Positions 10,231 to 20,744 of a stretch of 64,000 bases of DNA are shown one piece after another. Origin of the DNA: a virus; IMG/VR virus record IMGVR_UViG_3300033153_006968, positions 21,610 to 85,609 of that record. One strand, given 5' to 3'. A program made the translations under genes and the position numbers. The notes under the pieces are model-generated. The model worked only from the letters and a program-made list of their open reading frames with translations. It did not search any database and had not been told where the DNA came from. Numbering within the stretch: position 1 is the stretch's first letter; each line of letters opens with the position of its first letter.

Positions 10231-10650
10231 CTAAAGTAGGCCCGGGGAAAAAATCCTATAGGCACCTACAGCTACTTCATTCAGGTAAGGCGTCTTTCTA
10301 AGAAAGCTGTGATCTTCGTCCCCTATCACTTCAATTATAGCATTTCTTGGACTAAGTTTTCCTCTCCAATATATTCTAACAACTAAACCTTCTCTGAGTG
10401 CACCCCAAAGAAGATAAATCTCAGACAACGGAGTGGCCAGTGGCAAAAACGCATTAGAGATCTCGTTCCCTACCTTTCCGTCTGCCTCTAATTTTTTAAC
10501 CTTTACCTGACCACTGTCATAGTTAACGGCACTTATGATCCCATAGGTAACTCTGTCCTGCTTGTCGGAAGGCTGCTGCGCTTGACGATTTGTTTCGTGC
10601 AAGGCTTGCTGTAGTTCGTTTTTAGGTGCGGAAGAATTATATCCTGGCAT
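10231..10650 (-). CDS. Putative baseplate spike OB-fold protein (gpV/gp5 N-terminal-like)
   Basis: 'YGIISAVNYDSGQVKVK...AFLPLATP...LREGLVVRIYWRG' fits the gpV/Gp5 OB-fold pattern; follows the hub gene. Confidence 0.55.
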   Translation of the reverse strand: MPGYNSSAPKNELQQALHETNRQAQQPSDKQDRVTYGIISAVNYDSGQVKVKKLEADGKVGNEISNAFLPLATPLSEIYLLWGALREGLVVRIYWRGKLSPRNAIIEVIGDEDHSFLRKTPYLNEVAVGAYRIFSPGLL

Positions 10651-13600
10651 TATTCTGGTGGACTAATTATATCTCCTAATAAATAATTACTAATATCTCC
10701 TTGGGTATGACCGGCCCAACTATTAGGATGAAGTTTATCATAAACGTCATTAAGATACAATGGAGCAGTCCTTTCAGCTTCTTTGATCCATTTGCCAATC
10801 CTCTGAATAAAGCTGCCTCCAGTATGTCTGTTGGGAAGCCCTCCTATCATAGGTTTGTTTCCAAGAACTAACGGAGAGAATCTAAAAGGATGAGCAAGCT
10901 GAGTTCTCGTTATTAACTTTCTGAATATGAATATCCCGAGCATTCCGGTAATAGAGGACGCCCCTTTAACGCCTATAGCATTCTCGGAAGAATTAAAAAA
11001 CATCCTGGCGATTGGGGCAAATGGAGCACTAAGCGGAGCTAACACACCCTGCGTTACTGCTGCGCCAACAGTGTCAATACTTCCCACTCCTACAGAAGCT
11101 TTAACTATAGAACCAAGACTCTGAAGACCTATTGATTTGAGACCCTGTTCTACTATCAATCCCATCGCATCTGCCGTAGCCATTGTAGAATGTTGATTAA
11201 CGTGAACCATAAGATCAGGAGTTATCTCTGTTATAAATCCGTTCTTCTGACTAAATCGATGTATAACTTGCTCTACTTCTATCGGTCCATACATGTCGTT
11301 ATATTCGTCAAAAATATAGACAACATCAAAAGGACGGATTTTAGGATTGCCAACAGAAACAATAGAGCCTGTATACGCTTCCTTTAAAGAGTTGAATAAA
11401 AGAGAAACGCAATAATTTTTTGCCATCTCATAACCTACACAATTAGGATACTGGGCAAATAGCTCTCTAACTTCTTCATCTGGAATAGCCGCATCTGCTT
11501 TCAGAGTGAAGGCCTTAGCATCATCAAAATTTAGTCGTGCTGTATCGTTGTCTACATAAGGAGAATCATCGCTATACTGTAGAGTTACGGTATTAAAAGT
11601 ATTATGTGCCGAAGAAGAAATAGAATTGTGGAGAATATGCATAGAGCTTGTCAGAACATGATATGAACGAAATGGTTTTATAAAGCCCTTATCTAAGGCA
11701 TAAATCTTTGCAATCTTCTTTACCCAAGCTTCCTGTTCTTTCTTGTCATTGGTCGTAACGGCATTCTCTAATTCTTCTGACGGGAGAGAGTCATTACCGA
11801 CCATTCTCTCCTGTGCTCTTTGTTGTTCCTCTCCTTCAACTCCGTCTTTAACAATTTTCCTCATCTGCTCCATTACGTCTTCTTCAGAATGATCTGGATC
11901 TCTAGCGAAATAAAGCTGATCTGGCAATCCAAAAAACATTGTCATCCTAGGGCCATGTTTGCCTTGATAAGGAACTGGGCAAGCGATATAACTTGGATGT
12001 CTAAGAGTCATCTCTTGAAATACGTCCCATACAGTTGTGTGATATAGAGAATAAGTAGGAGTCGTTGAAAAATTGCCAAGAAATCTATCCATTAGACCAA
12101 GAACATTGCTTCCCTGCGGCGCAAAAATATTATCGTCTTGCGGCGAAGGTTGGAATTTCCACCGATTCTTAAGCAGACTGTATCCGGCATTCTTTCCAAA
12201 TTCACCACCTTCCCATCTACCGAAATGTACAACCTCTGGTGAAGCAAGAAGCTGTTCAAGCATTGCAAAGGTTCTGCCATCTCCATCAAACCACCCACCG
12301 AACTCTTTTACTTCCCCATGGATCGACTGAATAAGTTCTATGGCAAAGCTCTGACAAACAATCTCTACCAAATCGGTACTCTCAGAAAATTGCACATCTG
12401 TTATTACGCCATTAAAAACAACGTCTAGCTCATCTGGATTATTGCTGTATCCCAAATTAAGTTGTACCTGTATGCCAGGCTGCAACATAAGAGAAGCGAT
12501 CGGATTTTCTTTAGCTGTGTTCGTTGCAGAGCCTCCTTTTTCTACTGCAATATTTCCCTCTTCGTCAAGATTTTTAGTTGGATCAGCGGCAAAAGAAAAC
12601 TTCCTATTACTAAGAACTCCAGATATATTTGTCATTCTAATTCTGCACAAATCTGCAGCAATCTTTCTACTTCTAATTACTTCTATCTCTTGAATCGCAC
12701 TATATGAAAAGAAATCATCAAAGGCAAATTTCTTTCTTTCGCCCAAATCGCTTTCAATAAAATAAAGCTTGAAGGTAGGATAGGCGCGTTTCATGCCATA
12801 CCCTTGTCCGCTCTTCAATTCTTTTTCGAATTGTTCAATACTCTTCGTAAATAGGCTTTCGTTATTTGGATCAAGGCCAGCTATAGGTCCTTGAGATTTA
12901 GTTGTTTCTCCTTTGAGAATCGGTAAAGGATCTGTATGTTGACCATCTTTTTCCATTTGAAAATGGAGATGAGGTCCTGTTGAATAACCAGTAGTGCCCA
13001 TATGTCCTATTAATTTGCCGACTTCTACCGTAAGAGCCCTATTAACGCCATCGTCAGAAATTCCTAAATCGGCAGAACGATATAAAATACTAGCCCAACC
13101 CTGAGTAATTTCGTCCCACATTAGATGAGAATATTTAGTAATCCATCCGTTAGCATGCTGTATTACTAAAGTCACTCCCTTTGCATCTGCTCTCGCTTGC
13201 TGCGCGATTTCTAAAGTTGGATGAAATATAACTTTGCCATAATCACTTATTTTTATAATCCGTCCAGAGGCAGATGCCAATATCTCACTACCTCTACTGT
13301 CTCTCCAATTATCTGCAGCAAGATCTAGTCCTTTATGAAAGGAAGGCTTCTTTTCGCCCTGTTTTTTTGCAACAGGATCGTCTCTCTTCCCATACCTAGA
13401 TGTAATCCTACGGACAGTAGAACGGGTGGGCCACTTAAAACTAGGATCCTTGCCAGAATCATGATCGGCAGGATTCTCATATTCACTAGGTGGCAAAAAA
13501 GACAATACTTCATTCGTTTCAAATCTATGCTGTACGGCAGCCGCATTAGAAGGAGGAGATACATTACTCTCTATTGAATTTCTATAATTGGTGTTAAGGT

Positions 13601-16472
13601 TGTTGTCTTGATTATCTCCATCGCCGGGCTGGATAGATACAAGCTCAATAGGCTTTTCAGCCTCATAAGAAGCACAGCCTAAAGAGCCAACCAGCTGATT
13701 AGGAGCCATAGCGTTATCTTTGAAAGAGCTATCTTTCTTTGAGATATAATCGTCTACCGCTCCGTTATCTGCTTCGCCATCTTTTTCGTCTGCTTTAGAT
13801 TGTCTTTCTATTAAATCTTTGTTCTCTCTCGAAAACATGCCCGTCAATAAACTAGATTTCTCTAGACCGAGTATATCCTTCTCGTACACATTCTTAAACC
13901 AGTCACCCTCTACTTGCTCTTGTGTCTCTTTTGCTTCAATAATGGCATCCTTTGCATCGTTCATAGCTTCGATAGGAATGAGATTATCTACAACATCATT
14001 TTGCGGCTCAAAGAAATAAAAATCAGGATCAATGAAAGCAGCTATTCCAACGTTCTTTAGAGCTAGTCCAGATTCCTCATACAAGCCATTCAATTTGTTA
14101 TATGCGTTCTTAGACAGATCGTCAGAGCTTGCCTGAAGCGTAGAAAGAACATCCCTAATGGGAAAGTCAGGATAATTATCTGCGCCGGCAGAAAGACCAG
14201 TCTTATTCATTGACTCTCTAACCTCTTTGAACTGGGGAAGATCTCGTAAACTCTTAGTATTTAAAATTTTATCAAGGAATTTCTGCGTAAAAACTGCCCA
14301 TTCCTGAAAGCTATTATTGATAAGAGCATTTAATCTAATGTTGTCTTCAGTTCCAATCCCTTCTACGATATCTTCAACGCTTGTATCTCGAAATTGTCCC
14401 ATCCCTATACTTCCAAGAAGAGCTTGTTCTTCTTGTCCTTGATTATATGCGTCTATAATTTTTTCGCTTTTAACCTGAGTATCTCCAAGGTTATGTTCTG
14501 ATACATAAGATTTTCCATAAAAATCACTTCTAAATGTATTAATATATCCTTGTCCTTTCGCTCTTCTAATAGAGTTGTATATTTCTGTTAAATCTTCGTT
14601 AACTCTCTCTATACTTATTAAATCTTTATTCTTTAAAAGTAAAAGATCTGCCACTATTTCTTTAGCTAAAACTGAATTATTCCAAGGTCCAATTAAATTT
14701 CCTAAATTGAGAACTAATTTTTTAACAAAATTCGCAAGATTTTCCGCATACTCGGAACAAAGTTTTGCAAACCGTGCATTTCTACCGTTGTTTTCAGGAC
14801 CAGAATATTCATAATATTTTAAGGGAGAAAGAGCAACTCCAAATGCTTGCTTCCCAGATTCCTGAATTTCGATCTTTTCATGAGTTGTTTTATAGTTTAG
14901 ACCTAAAAAGAAATGTTCTGTAGCTCCTTGTATTTCATATAGTTTATCTGGATAAAATTTAATATTTTTTTCTATAATCTCTGCAATCTTTGACCTTAAA
15001 TCCTGACCGCTTGTAAAAGATCCACTAGCTTGAAAATTCTCCCTAGTGTACTCTGTCAAAGGATTATCTACGAGAACAAGGGCACCCTGATAACTGCCAG
15101 GTTCTCCCTCTATGTTCTCAACAACGAAACTCTCTGCAAGGAACCCTTCGAGTCCACACATGTTAACTATGTCATTTTCAATCTTGATGTTTCTGTGTCC
15201 GGCGGGAATATTCCTATATTTTAAAGATTGATCTTCCACCGCAGAATAGAAAGAAGAAAGCTTCTCTATAGCGCTTTCCATAGTTGTAGCAAAAGAAATA
15301 ACTACTTCAGCGTCTATACTTCCTATATGTTGAAAAGATGGGAATGGATGTCCCATTAGAGGAAGCATTGCAAGGATATTCTCAAAAGAAATAGATATAC
15401 TTTGTATGACTAATCCTGTGTCGTTGAAGTCTAAACTTACCCCGCGAGAAAGAAGAATGGTATCTTCCTTATCATATTTGTCTTTACCGTCTGGATTCTT
15501 CTGAAGAGAAGGAGAACCTTTGAAAGAAACGGCACTACCATTTATTTGAACAACGGTCCACTCAGTCATATATTCGTATTTAGAACTAGATAGTTGATTA
15601 GTTAAAACGTTCCTAAATTTGCTCAATACTTGAGTCGCAGGCATATCGTCAAGCATAGAGGTCATATCACCGACTAATTCTCTAACGTTTGTCTCTGCCC
15701 ATCTCTTGTCGGCGACTTCTTTAGAGAGCATATCTCGAATGCCTTTTATATCCTGATTCTCTTTCCCTTCAGCGCCAGTCATTAAAGAGGCTAGATTAGA
15801 GCGAATACTCTTAATAATCTCAATTTCTTTTTCTAGTTGTTCGTATTTTCTTATTGTAATAGAACCAAATTGTTTGAAACGAGCGGTCAATCCAGTCTGC
15901 AAACTTCCGACATCTCTGTATCCGAAATCGCTAGTGCGAAACGCCCTTCTCTGCTCCGCATGATAAAGCATTTTCCAAGCCTTAGAATCTGCTGGATTGA
16001 AAACTGGCTTAGGTTCCCATATATGAGATTTGAATGCAAAGTCTCTTGTGAATGGGAAATAATTAAACCAACAAAAATGAAAATTAACAGTAATTACATT
16101 TGTGTCTTGATTGTCTTTAACGATCTCTATCTGTTTAACTGCTATAGCCATATTCTGAATATTGTTACTTCCAAGAATAGACTTTCTAAGGAATTGATTT
16201 TCGATAAAACAGAAAGGAGTTACGCGGATTTGAGAGATAATATTGCGCAACTTAGAAAGCCCATTTGTTAGATCTCCTATTTTATTCCCTGGAGATGGAT
16301 TGTCTGTGAATTCCGCAGTTACATAGATGTCAAGAGTGGAGTAGCCAGACTTAGATTTGACAGATGAACGAGTCCTAAGCGTCTGCCACTTGTGATTAAA
16401 TGAACGTCTATCTATTCTTATATTTTTGGGAGGAATATCAAGAATTATGTCATTGATCTGGAATGAACTCAT
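10650..16472 (-). CDS. Baseplate hub protein with internal M23 family peptidoglycan endopeptidase
   Basis: 1940 aa. M23 motifs 'WP...ITSRYGKR..P...FHKGLDLA', 'TKYSHL', 'GHMGTTGYSTGPHLHFQ...DPL' (~12915-13440). C-terminal hub-like 'LQPGIQVQLNLGY...VFNGVIT' and 'GNPKIRPFDVVYIFD...IEVEQVIHRFS'. Confidence 0.85.
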   Translation of the reverse strand: MSSFQINDIILDIPPKNIRIDRRSFNHKWQTLRTRSSVKSKSGYSTLDIYVTAEFTDNPSPGNKIGDLTNGLSKLRNIISQIRVTPFCFIENQFLRKSILGSNNIQNMAIAVKQIEIVKDNQDTNVITVNFHFCWFNYFPFTRDFAFKSHIWEPKPVFNPADSKAWKMLYHAEQRRAFRTSDFGYRDVGSLQTGLTARFKQFGSITIRKYEQLEKEIEIIKSIRSNLASLMTGAEGKENQDIKGIRDMLSKEVADKRWAETNVRELVGDMTSMLDDMPATQVLSKFRNVLTNQLSSSKYEYMTEWTVVQINGSAVSFKGSPSLQKNPDGKDKYDKEDTILLSRGVSLDFNDTGLVIQSISISFENILAMLPLMGHPFPSFQHIGSIDAEVVISFATTMESAIEKLSSFYSAVEDQSLKYRNIPAGHRNIKIENDIVNMCGLEGFLAESFVVENIEGEPGSYQGALVLVDNPLTEYTRENFQASGSFTSGQDLRSKIAEIIEKNIKFYPDKLYEIQGATEHFFLGLNYKTTHEKIEIQESGKQAFGVALSPLKYYEYSGPENNGRNARFAKLCSEYAENLANFVKKLVLNLGNLIGPWNNSVLAKEIVADLLLLKNKDLISIERVNEDLTEIYNSIRRAKGQGYINTFRSDFYGKSYVSEHNLGDTQVKSEKIIDAYNQGQEEQALLGSIGMGQFRDTSVEDIVEGIGTEDNIRLNALINNSFQEWAVFTQKFLDKILNTKSLRDLPQFKEVRESMNKTGLSAGADNYPDFPIRDVLSTLQASSDDLSKNAYNKLNGLYEESGLALKNVGIAAFIDPDFYFFEPQNDVVDNLIPIEAMNDAKDAIIEAKETQEQVEGDWFKNVYEKDILGLEKSSLLTGMFSRENKDLIERQSKADEKDGEADNGAVDDYISKKDSSFKDNAMAPNQLVGSLGCASYEAEKPIELVSIQPGDGDNQDNNLNTNYRNSIESNVSPPSNAAAVQHRFETNEVLSFLPPSEYENPADHDSGKDPSFKWPTRSTVRRITSRYGKRDDPVAKKQGEKKPSFHKGLDLAADNWRDSRGSEILASASGRIIKISDYGKVIFHPTLEIAQQARADAKGVTLVIQHANGWITKYSHLMWDEITQGWASILYRSADLGISDDGVNRALTVEVGKLIGHMGTTGYSTGPHLHFQMEKDGQHTDPLPILKGETTKSQGPIAGLDPNNESLFTKSIEQFEKELKSGQGYGMKRAYPTFKLYFIESDLGERKKFAFDDFFSYSAIQEIEVIRSRKIAADLCRIRMTNISGVLSNRKFSFAADPTKNLDEEGNIAVEKGGSATNTAKENPIASLMLQPGIQVQLNLGYSNNPDELDVVFNGVITDVQFSESTDLVEIVCQSFAIELIQSIHGEVKEFGGWFDGDGRTFAMLEQLLASPEVVHFGRWEGGEFGKNAGYSLLKNRWKFQPSPQDDNIFAPQGSNVLGLMDRFLGNFSTTPTYSLYHTTVWDVFQEMTLRHPSYIACPVPYQGKHGPRMTMFFGLPDQLYFARDPDHSEEDVMEQMRKIVKDGVEGEEQQRAQERMVGNDSLPSEELENAVTTNDKKEQEAWVKKIAKIYALDKGFIKPFRSYHVLTSSMHILHNSISSSAHNTFNTVTLQYSDDSPYVDNDTARLNFDDAKAFTLKADAAIPDEEVRELFAQYPNCVGYEMAKNYCVSLLFNSLKEAYTGSIVSVGNPKIRPFDVVYIFDEYNDMYGPIEVEQVIHRFSQKNGFITEITPDLMVHVNQHSTMATADAMGLIVEQGLKSIGLQSLGSIVKASVGVGSIDTVGAAVTQGVLAPLSAPFAPIARMFFNSSENAIGVKGASSITGMLGIFIFRKLITRTQLAHPFRFSPLVLGNKPMIGGLPNRHTGGSFIQRIGKWIKEAERTAPLYLNDVYDKLHPNSWAGHTQGDISNYLLGDIISPPE

Positions 16473-19400
16473 CTACCTCAAAACTCTATTTGCTATTGTT
16501 GACGGACTTAAGCTATTACTATTATCTCTTACATTTACGTTAATTCTATCAGCTCCTGTAGCAGCTCCTAACCTACTTGTAAAATCTCTACTCATTTGCT
16601 TAGTCGTTACGCGCGCAGAAACATTCGTTGCTTGGCCAGGGTTAACGCGAACTGTAGGAGTATACATTCTTGACGGAGGAGAAGGACTGCCTACTGCTTG
16701 GCCAGGAGGCATTACGTCTTCTGGTTTCATTTGAGAACCAGCCTTATTCACCCTCATCATAGGTCTAGAATCTGGTATCATCACTGAGCCAGGACCTACA
16801 AGGCTGTCTGGCTTACTTAATGCTGCGGCTATAGCAAGAGAACCAGCAAAGCCGAAACCAACAGCTTTCTTATGTTTCAGAACTCCCAATCCCGCCGAAG
16901 CAAGAAAATTCTTCGCAGTCATGGCAGCTTTAGAAACATTAGCTCCCAACCCAGTTGCTACACCTCCTGTATAGGCTAGATATTTTCCGAGTTGCTCAAC
17001 GGTAGGAGCCATTCTGCCCTGCGCCATACGGGCCATTTTGTCCATTCCTGTAGCTTCAGAGATTTCGAGAGCAGATATAATATCCTGTGATGCCTGCCTC
17101 ACATTAGGAGCAGGAAGAACGTTGCTCATTTTTATTCCATAATGTTTTTCAACATCTTTTATTATTGCAGATCCTGGATCTATTGTCACTCCTTCAGTTA
17201 GATATCTCCCCGCAAGAGATCCTTCGTCCATAGCTCCCATAATGGTGCTTTCAAGCCTAGCGGCATTTTTATCCCGTAAACTTGACTGAAGAGTTTTGAA
17301 ATAGTTTTCCATCTGATATTCAAGAACTTCTCTTTGGCCATGGTGTTTACCTGCAATAGCCATCTGTTCTCCGTGCTGAAGTACGAACAAAGCATCTGCC
17401 GTCCTTTGTTTAGATAGTCCCGATTCTACTATCGCCTTTCTTGCCATCGAGATGTCGGTAGATACCAAAGGAGTCCACTTCTGAGCAGTACCTAGTTTCA
17501 TAGCGTCGGCAACCATTCCTTGTCGAGTCGTCAACTCTCCTAAAGCGACCGTTCCAGATCTTGCTTTAATGATCTGAGTCCTAATAGAGTGTTGTACCTG
17601 CGCTTGAGTATATATGTTATCTTGATATAAAAGTTGCTCTCCAATTTTTTCGCCAATCTTAGGCTTCATGAAAGCTGCGGCGATAATATCTGCATCAAAG
17701 TCGGCCAACATACCTGCTGCAGGAGATAGAGTAAGGGCCGCTTCTTTCCCTCCAGATTTGAGAGAGGTGGCAAAAGAAGGTAAAGATATAATCGGTTCAG
17801 TAATTCCTTCTATCGCTCTGATATTTACCCCCTGAATAGATCCAGCGGCCGTAAAAGGGTGTCTCATAAGTATCCCGGGAGACCCAGATCCTAAAAATTG
17901 CTTCTCTATCTTTGTAACTTCAGCCCTAGAATAAACTCCGGTATCTACCAACTCTTCAAGCATTTGCCTTCCATGCCCTATCGGGATCCCGACCTCTGCA
18001 GCGTGTGCCGGAGTAAATCCCTTTACCTTTGTCAACCCGGTAAAAAATCTTGAACCAAGAATCTTTCTCTTCTTGCCGAATAAAGCTCCTGCGCCTTCGC
18101 CATATGGCGCCTGTTGTTTTTGAATTCCTCCTATGAAGTCTCTAATAGCTACATCTGCATCAAGTAAGTCAGCGCTCTTCTCGGCAGATAGTTGTCTTGC
18201 TAGAGTATGATAAATACCAGCTACATCTCCTTTTACAGTATCTCCTGCAGCGGTCATATAAGGCTTTAATATATCTCCGCCGGGAATAAAAACTTCTCTC
18301 TTCCCAGCCTTTAGCCATCCACCTTCTTTACCGCCTGCCTCTAACCAAGCTTGAAATCCTGCTGAGTCATATCCTTTAACTCCAATATCCCACATACGAG
18401 CACCCTTCCCAGGAGAAGCCATGCCTTCAACAGATTGTAACGTTTTGGTCAGGGCATCATATGTAGCGGTAGCTCTTGGGTCCGTCATGGCAGCTCTCCG
18501 AGCAAAGTCCTCTGCAATCTCTTCTCCAAGTGCTCCATGTTGTCCCGCGCGCAAAAGATCAAATGCTCTAGATTCTATAGATCCTAACTTTCCAGCACCA
18601 GTTCTTTCCATTGTCTCGCCAAACATAGACTGAGATATACCCAGAGATAATCCCTCAGTTCCAAGCAAAGCGTCAAATTGATGCACTGAAATACCTGCTT
18701 CTTTCATAGCAAATCGCTTCACGCCTTTGATAAAACCTTCACCTTCACCATATTTTCCAGCTATATAAGAGGCAAACACATTTGGATTTCGCATAAACGA
18801 AGCGAGTTTACCGTTGCGACGAATGGCATCTTCCGTTCTCGTCCCTTCGATCATATCCCAAAGACCAGTGATAATCTGGTTGTTTCTGTTGGCCATCTTT
18901 AATTTATTAGCAGAAGCTATCTGCAAAGGTTCTCCAGTCGCCATAGCGTCCAAAAATGGCCGACGTTGCTCCGGAGACATTCCTGCAGTTAAATCCCATA
19001 CCGACTGTCTAACATCTGCCGGATCTGCAAATTTCATCATCGCTTTGAGACCACCAAAAGCACCAAAGATCTTTTGAGCTATACCAGGTCTATGAGTCTG
19101 TAAATAATAAAGAGATTTTAAATCTCCCTTACCGACAGTAGAAAACCCTTCAACTCCCAACAACTTCATATTGCTTTCATAAGCAACGCCTTTGCCTTCC
19201 GGCGTCCAACCAAGCATCTCACCTGGTGTAAAAGTTGCGCCTTTAGCGATACGCTCTTCTACGCCTTCAACAAATGTCTTAAAATGTACTGGATCAGGCA
19301 TTCTAAATGCTTCAAGCATTCTTCTTGTCTGAGGAGTTCCTGTAATAATACTTTCGCCTTCTCCCAGCCCTAGCTTCTGAAGTTGGGTGGCGTATTTTTC

Positions 19401-20744
19401 TGGATCTACATAGAGAGTTCTTATATGTGGTGCAGCATAGGCTCCAAAATCTTTACGCCAACCTTGTGTTTCAAATATGGACCATTTAGATCCCTGATTC
19501 ATAAACTCTTCAACGGCAGCAGGAGTCATTCTCCATTCTCTAGCTGCTTGCATGGGCCTATTACCAAAAGAGGCGACTTCTGGAGTTGGAGACCAAGCTC
19601 TTGGATCAAGAGTGGATAGCCTCCATTTGGATAGATTCTTAGGACTCGTAGAAGGATATAGTCCACCTTGTTCCATAATACGAGCCCCTTCTCGACTCGT
19701 AGGTTCTCTAAATATATCTCCTTCAAGAATACGAACGTCTACAGCTTGTCCGCGAATATTTAATTCACTCTTTCTAGCAGCGTTTTTTATACTAGATGGA
19801 AGATTAGGGACATGCGGCATAGCAAATATATCTCTCTCATATACTGATTTCAATACTTTTTGAATATCAAAGGCGGATTTATATTCGCCCGCAGCAAGAC
19901 TTGGTAATATCGTCTGTTCTATATCTTTAAGATAATACTGAGTCCTCGTCATCTTCTCTAACAGATTGCCACGAGGATCAAAAATATGTGCTCCAACAGC
20001 TACCCTCTTCGAAGACTGGGTAAGGCCTTCTACTAATGCTCCTTTCTGAGACATCGGAATAGTCACGTCAAATTTATGTTTCCCATATCTGAAAGGCATC
20101 TTGTATGTCCCAAAACCTTCTTGTTGCCAACCTTTACGAGTATAATATTTGACCTCTCCAGCAGCAGTAACGCCTGTATCTTTAGTAAACTCTTTATGAA
20201 ATGCCTGTAATTCAGCAGGTAATTCATTGATGGCTTTATTCATTGCGCGCGGAAAAGAAAGATTTTCTACTCTCTCAACTGTAGGCATCTTGCCGATTAC
20301 CTCCATATGTTTACCAAGTAGTCCTACATTCTTTTTAAACTTTCGATAAGCAGACGCCATAAATAGAGAGTTATTACGCTGAAGTGTTTGCTTTATAGAT
20401 GTGTAGACTTTGTTGGCAGGCATAGTTTTTATATCGCCGGCGAATGAAAGAACTTCCCCTGCTAATGGATCTGTAGATTGTATAGCTTCTATCCATGCCC
20501 TTCTAGCTATCTCTGCACCTTCTTTAGTCCTGAAAACACCAGCCATCTCATTCATTAAGCTCATATCTATAGCCGAAACAGCTTCTCTTGGCGCGGCAGA
20601 TACAGCTTTATTCAGGAATGAAGAGCCCATACTTGGAGGAACAAAAGCACCAGCCTTAGCTGCTTGATGAATAGCGAAACCAGAACCAGCAACAAAAGGA
20701 GATGCTACTAATAAATCTTTCAAAAAGTTCCTATCGTCAGGCAC
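16473..20744 (-). CDS. Putative single-chain two-barrel virion RNA polymerase encoded in the tail (tape-measure) locus
   Basis: 1423 aa, GTG start overlapping the upstream stop. 'LMRHP' (17856-17864) precedes 'MLADFDADII' (17688-17705), echoing beta' NRxP...NADFDGD. 'QKIFGAFGGLKAM' (19044-19073) echoes the beta GDK...GxKG lysine pair. Hydrophobic helices near both termini. Confidence 0.62.
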   Translation of the reverse strand: MPDDRNFLKDLLVASPFVAGSGFAIHQAAKAGAFVPPSMGSSFLNKAVSAAPREAVSAIDMSLMNEMAGVFRTKEGAEIARRAWIEAIQSTDPLAGEVLSFAGDIKTMPANKVYTSIKQTLQRNNSLFMASAYRKFKKNVGLLGKHMEVIGKMPTVERVENLSFPRAMNKAINELPAELQAFHKEFTKDTGVTAAGEVKYYTRKGWQQEGFGTYKMPFRYGKHKFDVTIPMSQKGALVEGLTQSSKRVAVGAHIFDPRGNLLEKMTRTQYYLKDIEQTILPSLAAGEYKSAFDIQKVLKSVYERDIFAMPHVPNLPSSIKNAARKSELNIRGQAVDVRILEGDIFREPTSREGARIMEQGGLYPSTSPKNLSKWRLSTLDPRAWSPTPEVASFGNRPMQAAREWRMTPAAVEEFMNQGSKWSIFETQGWRKDFGAYAAPHIRTLYVDPEKYATQLQKLGLGEGESIITGTPQTRRMLEAFRMPDPVHFKTFVEGVEERIAKGATFTPGEMLGWTPEGKGVAYESNMKLLGVEGFSTVGKGDLKSLYYLQTHRPGIAQKIFGAFGGLKAMMKFADPADVRQSVWDLTAGMSPEQRRPFLDAMATGEPLQIASANKLKMANRNNQIITGLWDMIEGTRTEDAIRRNGKLASFMRNPNVFASYIAGKYGEGEGFIKGVKRFAMKEAGISVHQFDALLGTEGLSLGISQSMFGETMERTGAGKLGSIESRAFDLLRAGQHGALGEEIAEDFARRAAMTDPRATATYDALTKTLQSVEGMASPGKGARMWDIGVKGYDSAGFQAWLEAGGKEGGWLKAGKREVFIPGGDILKPYMTAAGDTVKGDVAGIYHTLARQLSAEKSADLLDADVAIRDFIGGIQKQQAPYGEGAGALFGKKRKILGSRFFTGLTKVKGFTPAHAAEVGIPIGHGRQMLEELVDTGVYSRAEVTKIEKQFLGSGSPGILMRHPFTAAGSIQGVNIRAIEGITEPIISLPSFATSLKSGGKEAALTLSPAAGMLADFDADIIAAAFMKPKIGEKIGEQLLYQDNIYTQAQVQHSIRTQIIKARSGTVALGELTTRQGMVADAMKLGTAQKWTPLVSTDISMARKAIVESGLSKQRTADALFVLQHGEQMAIAGKHHGQREVLEYQMENYFKTLQSSLRDKNAARLESTIMGAMDEGSLAGRYLTEGVTIDPGSAIIKDVEKHYGIKMSNVLPAPNVRQASQDIISALEISEATGMDKMARMAQGRMAPTVEQLGKYLAYTGGVATGLGANVSKAAMTAKNFLASAGLGVLKHKKAVGFGFAGSLAIAAALSKPDSLVGPGSVMIPDSRPMMRVNKAGSQMKPEDVMPPGQAVGSPSPPSRMYTPTVRVNPGQATNVSARVTTKQMSRDFTSRLGAATGADRINVNVRDNSNSLSPSTIANRVLR

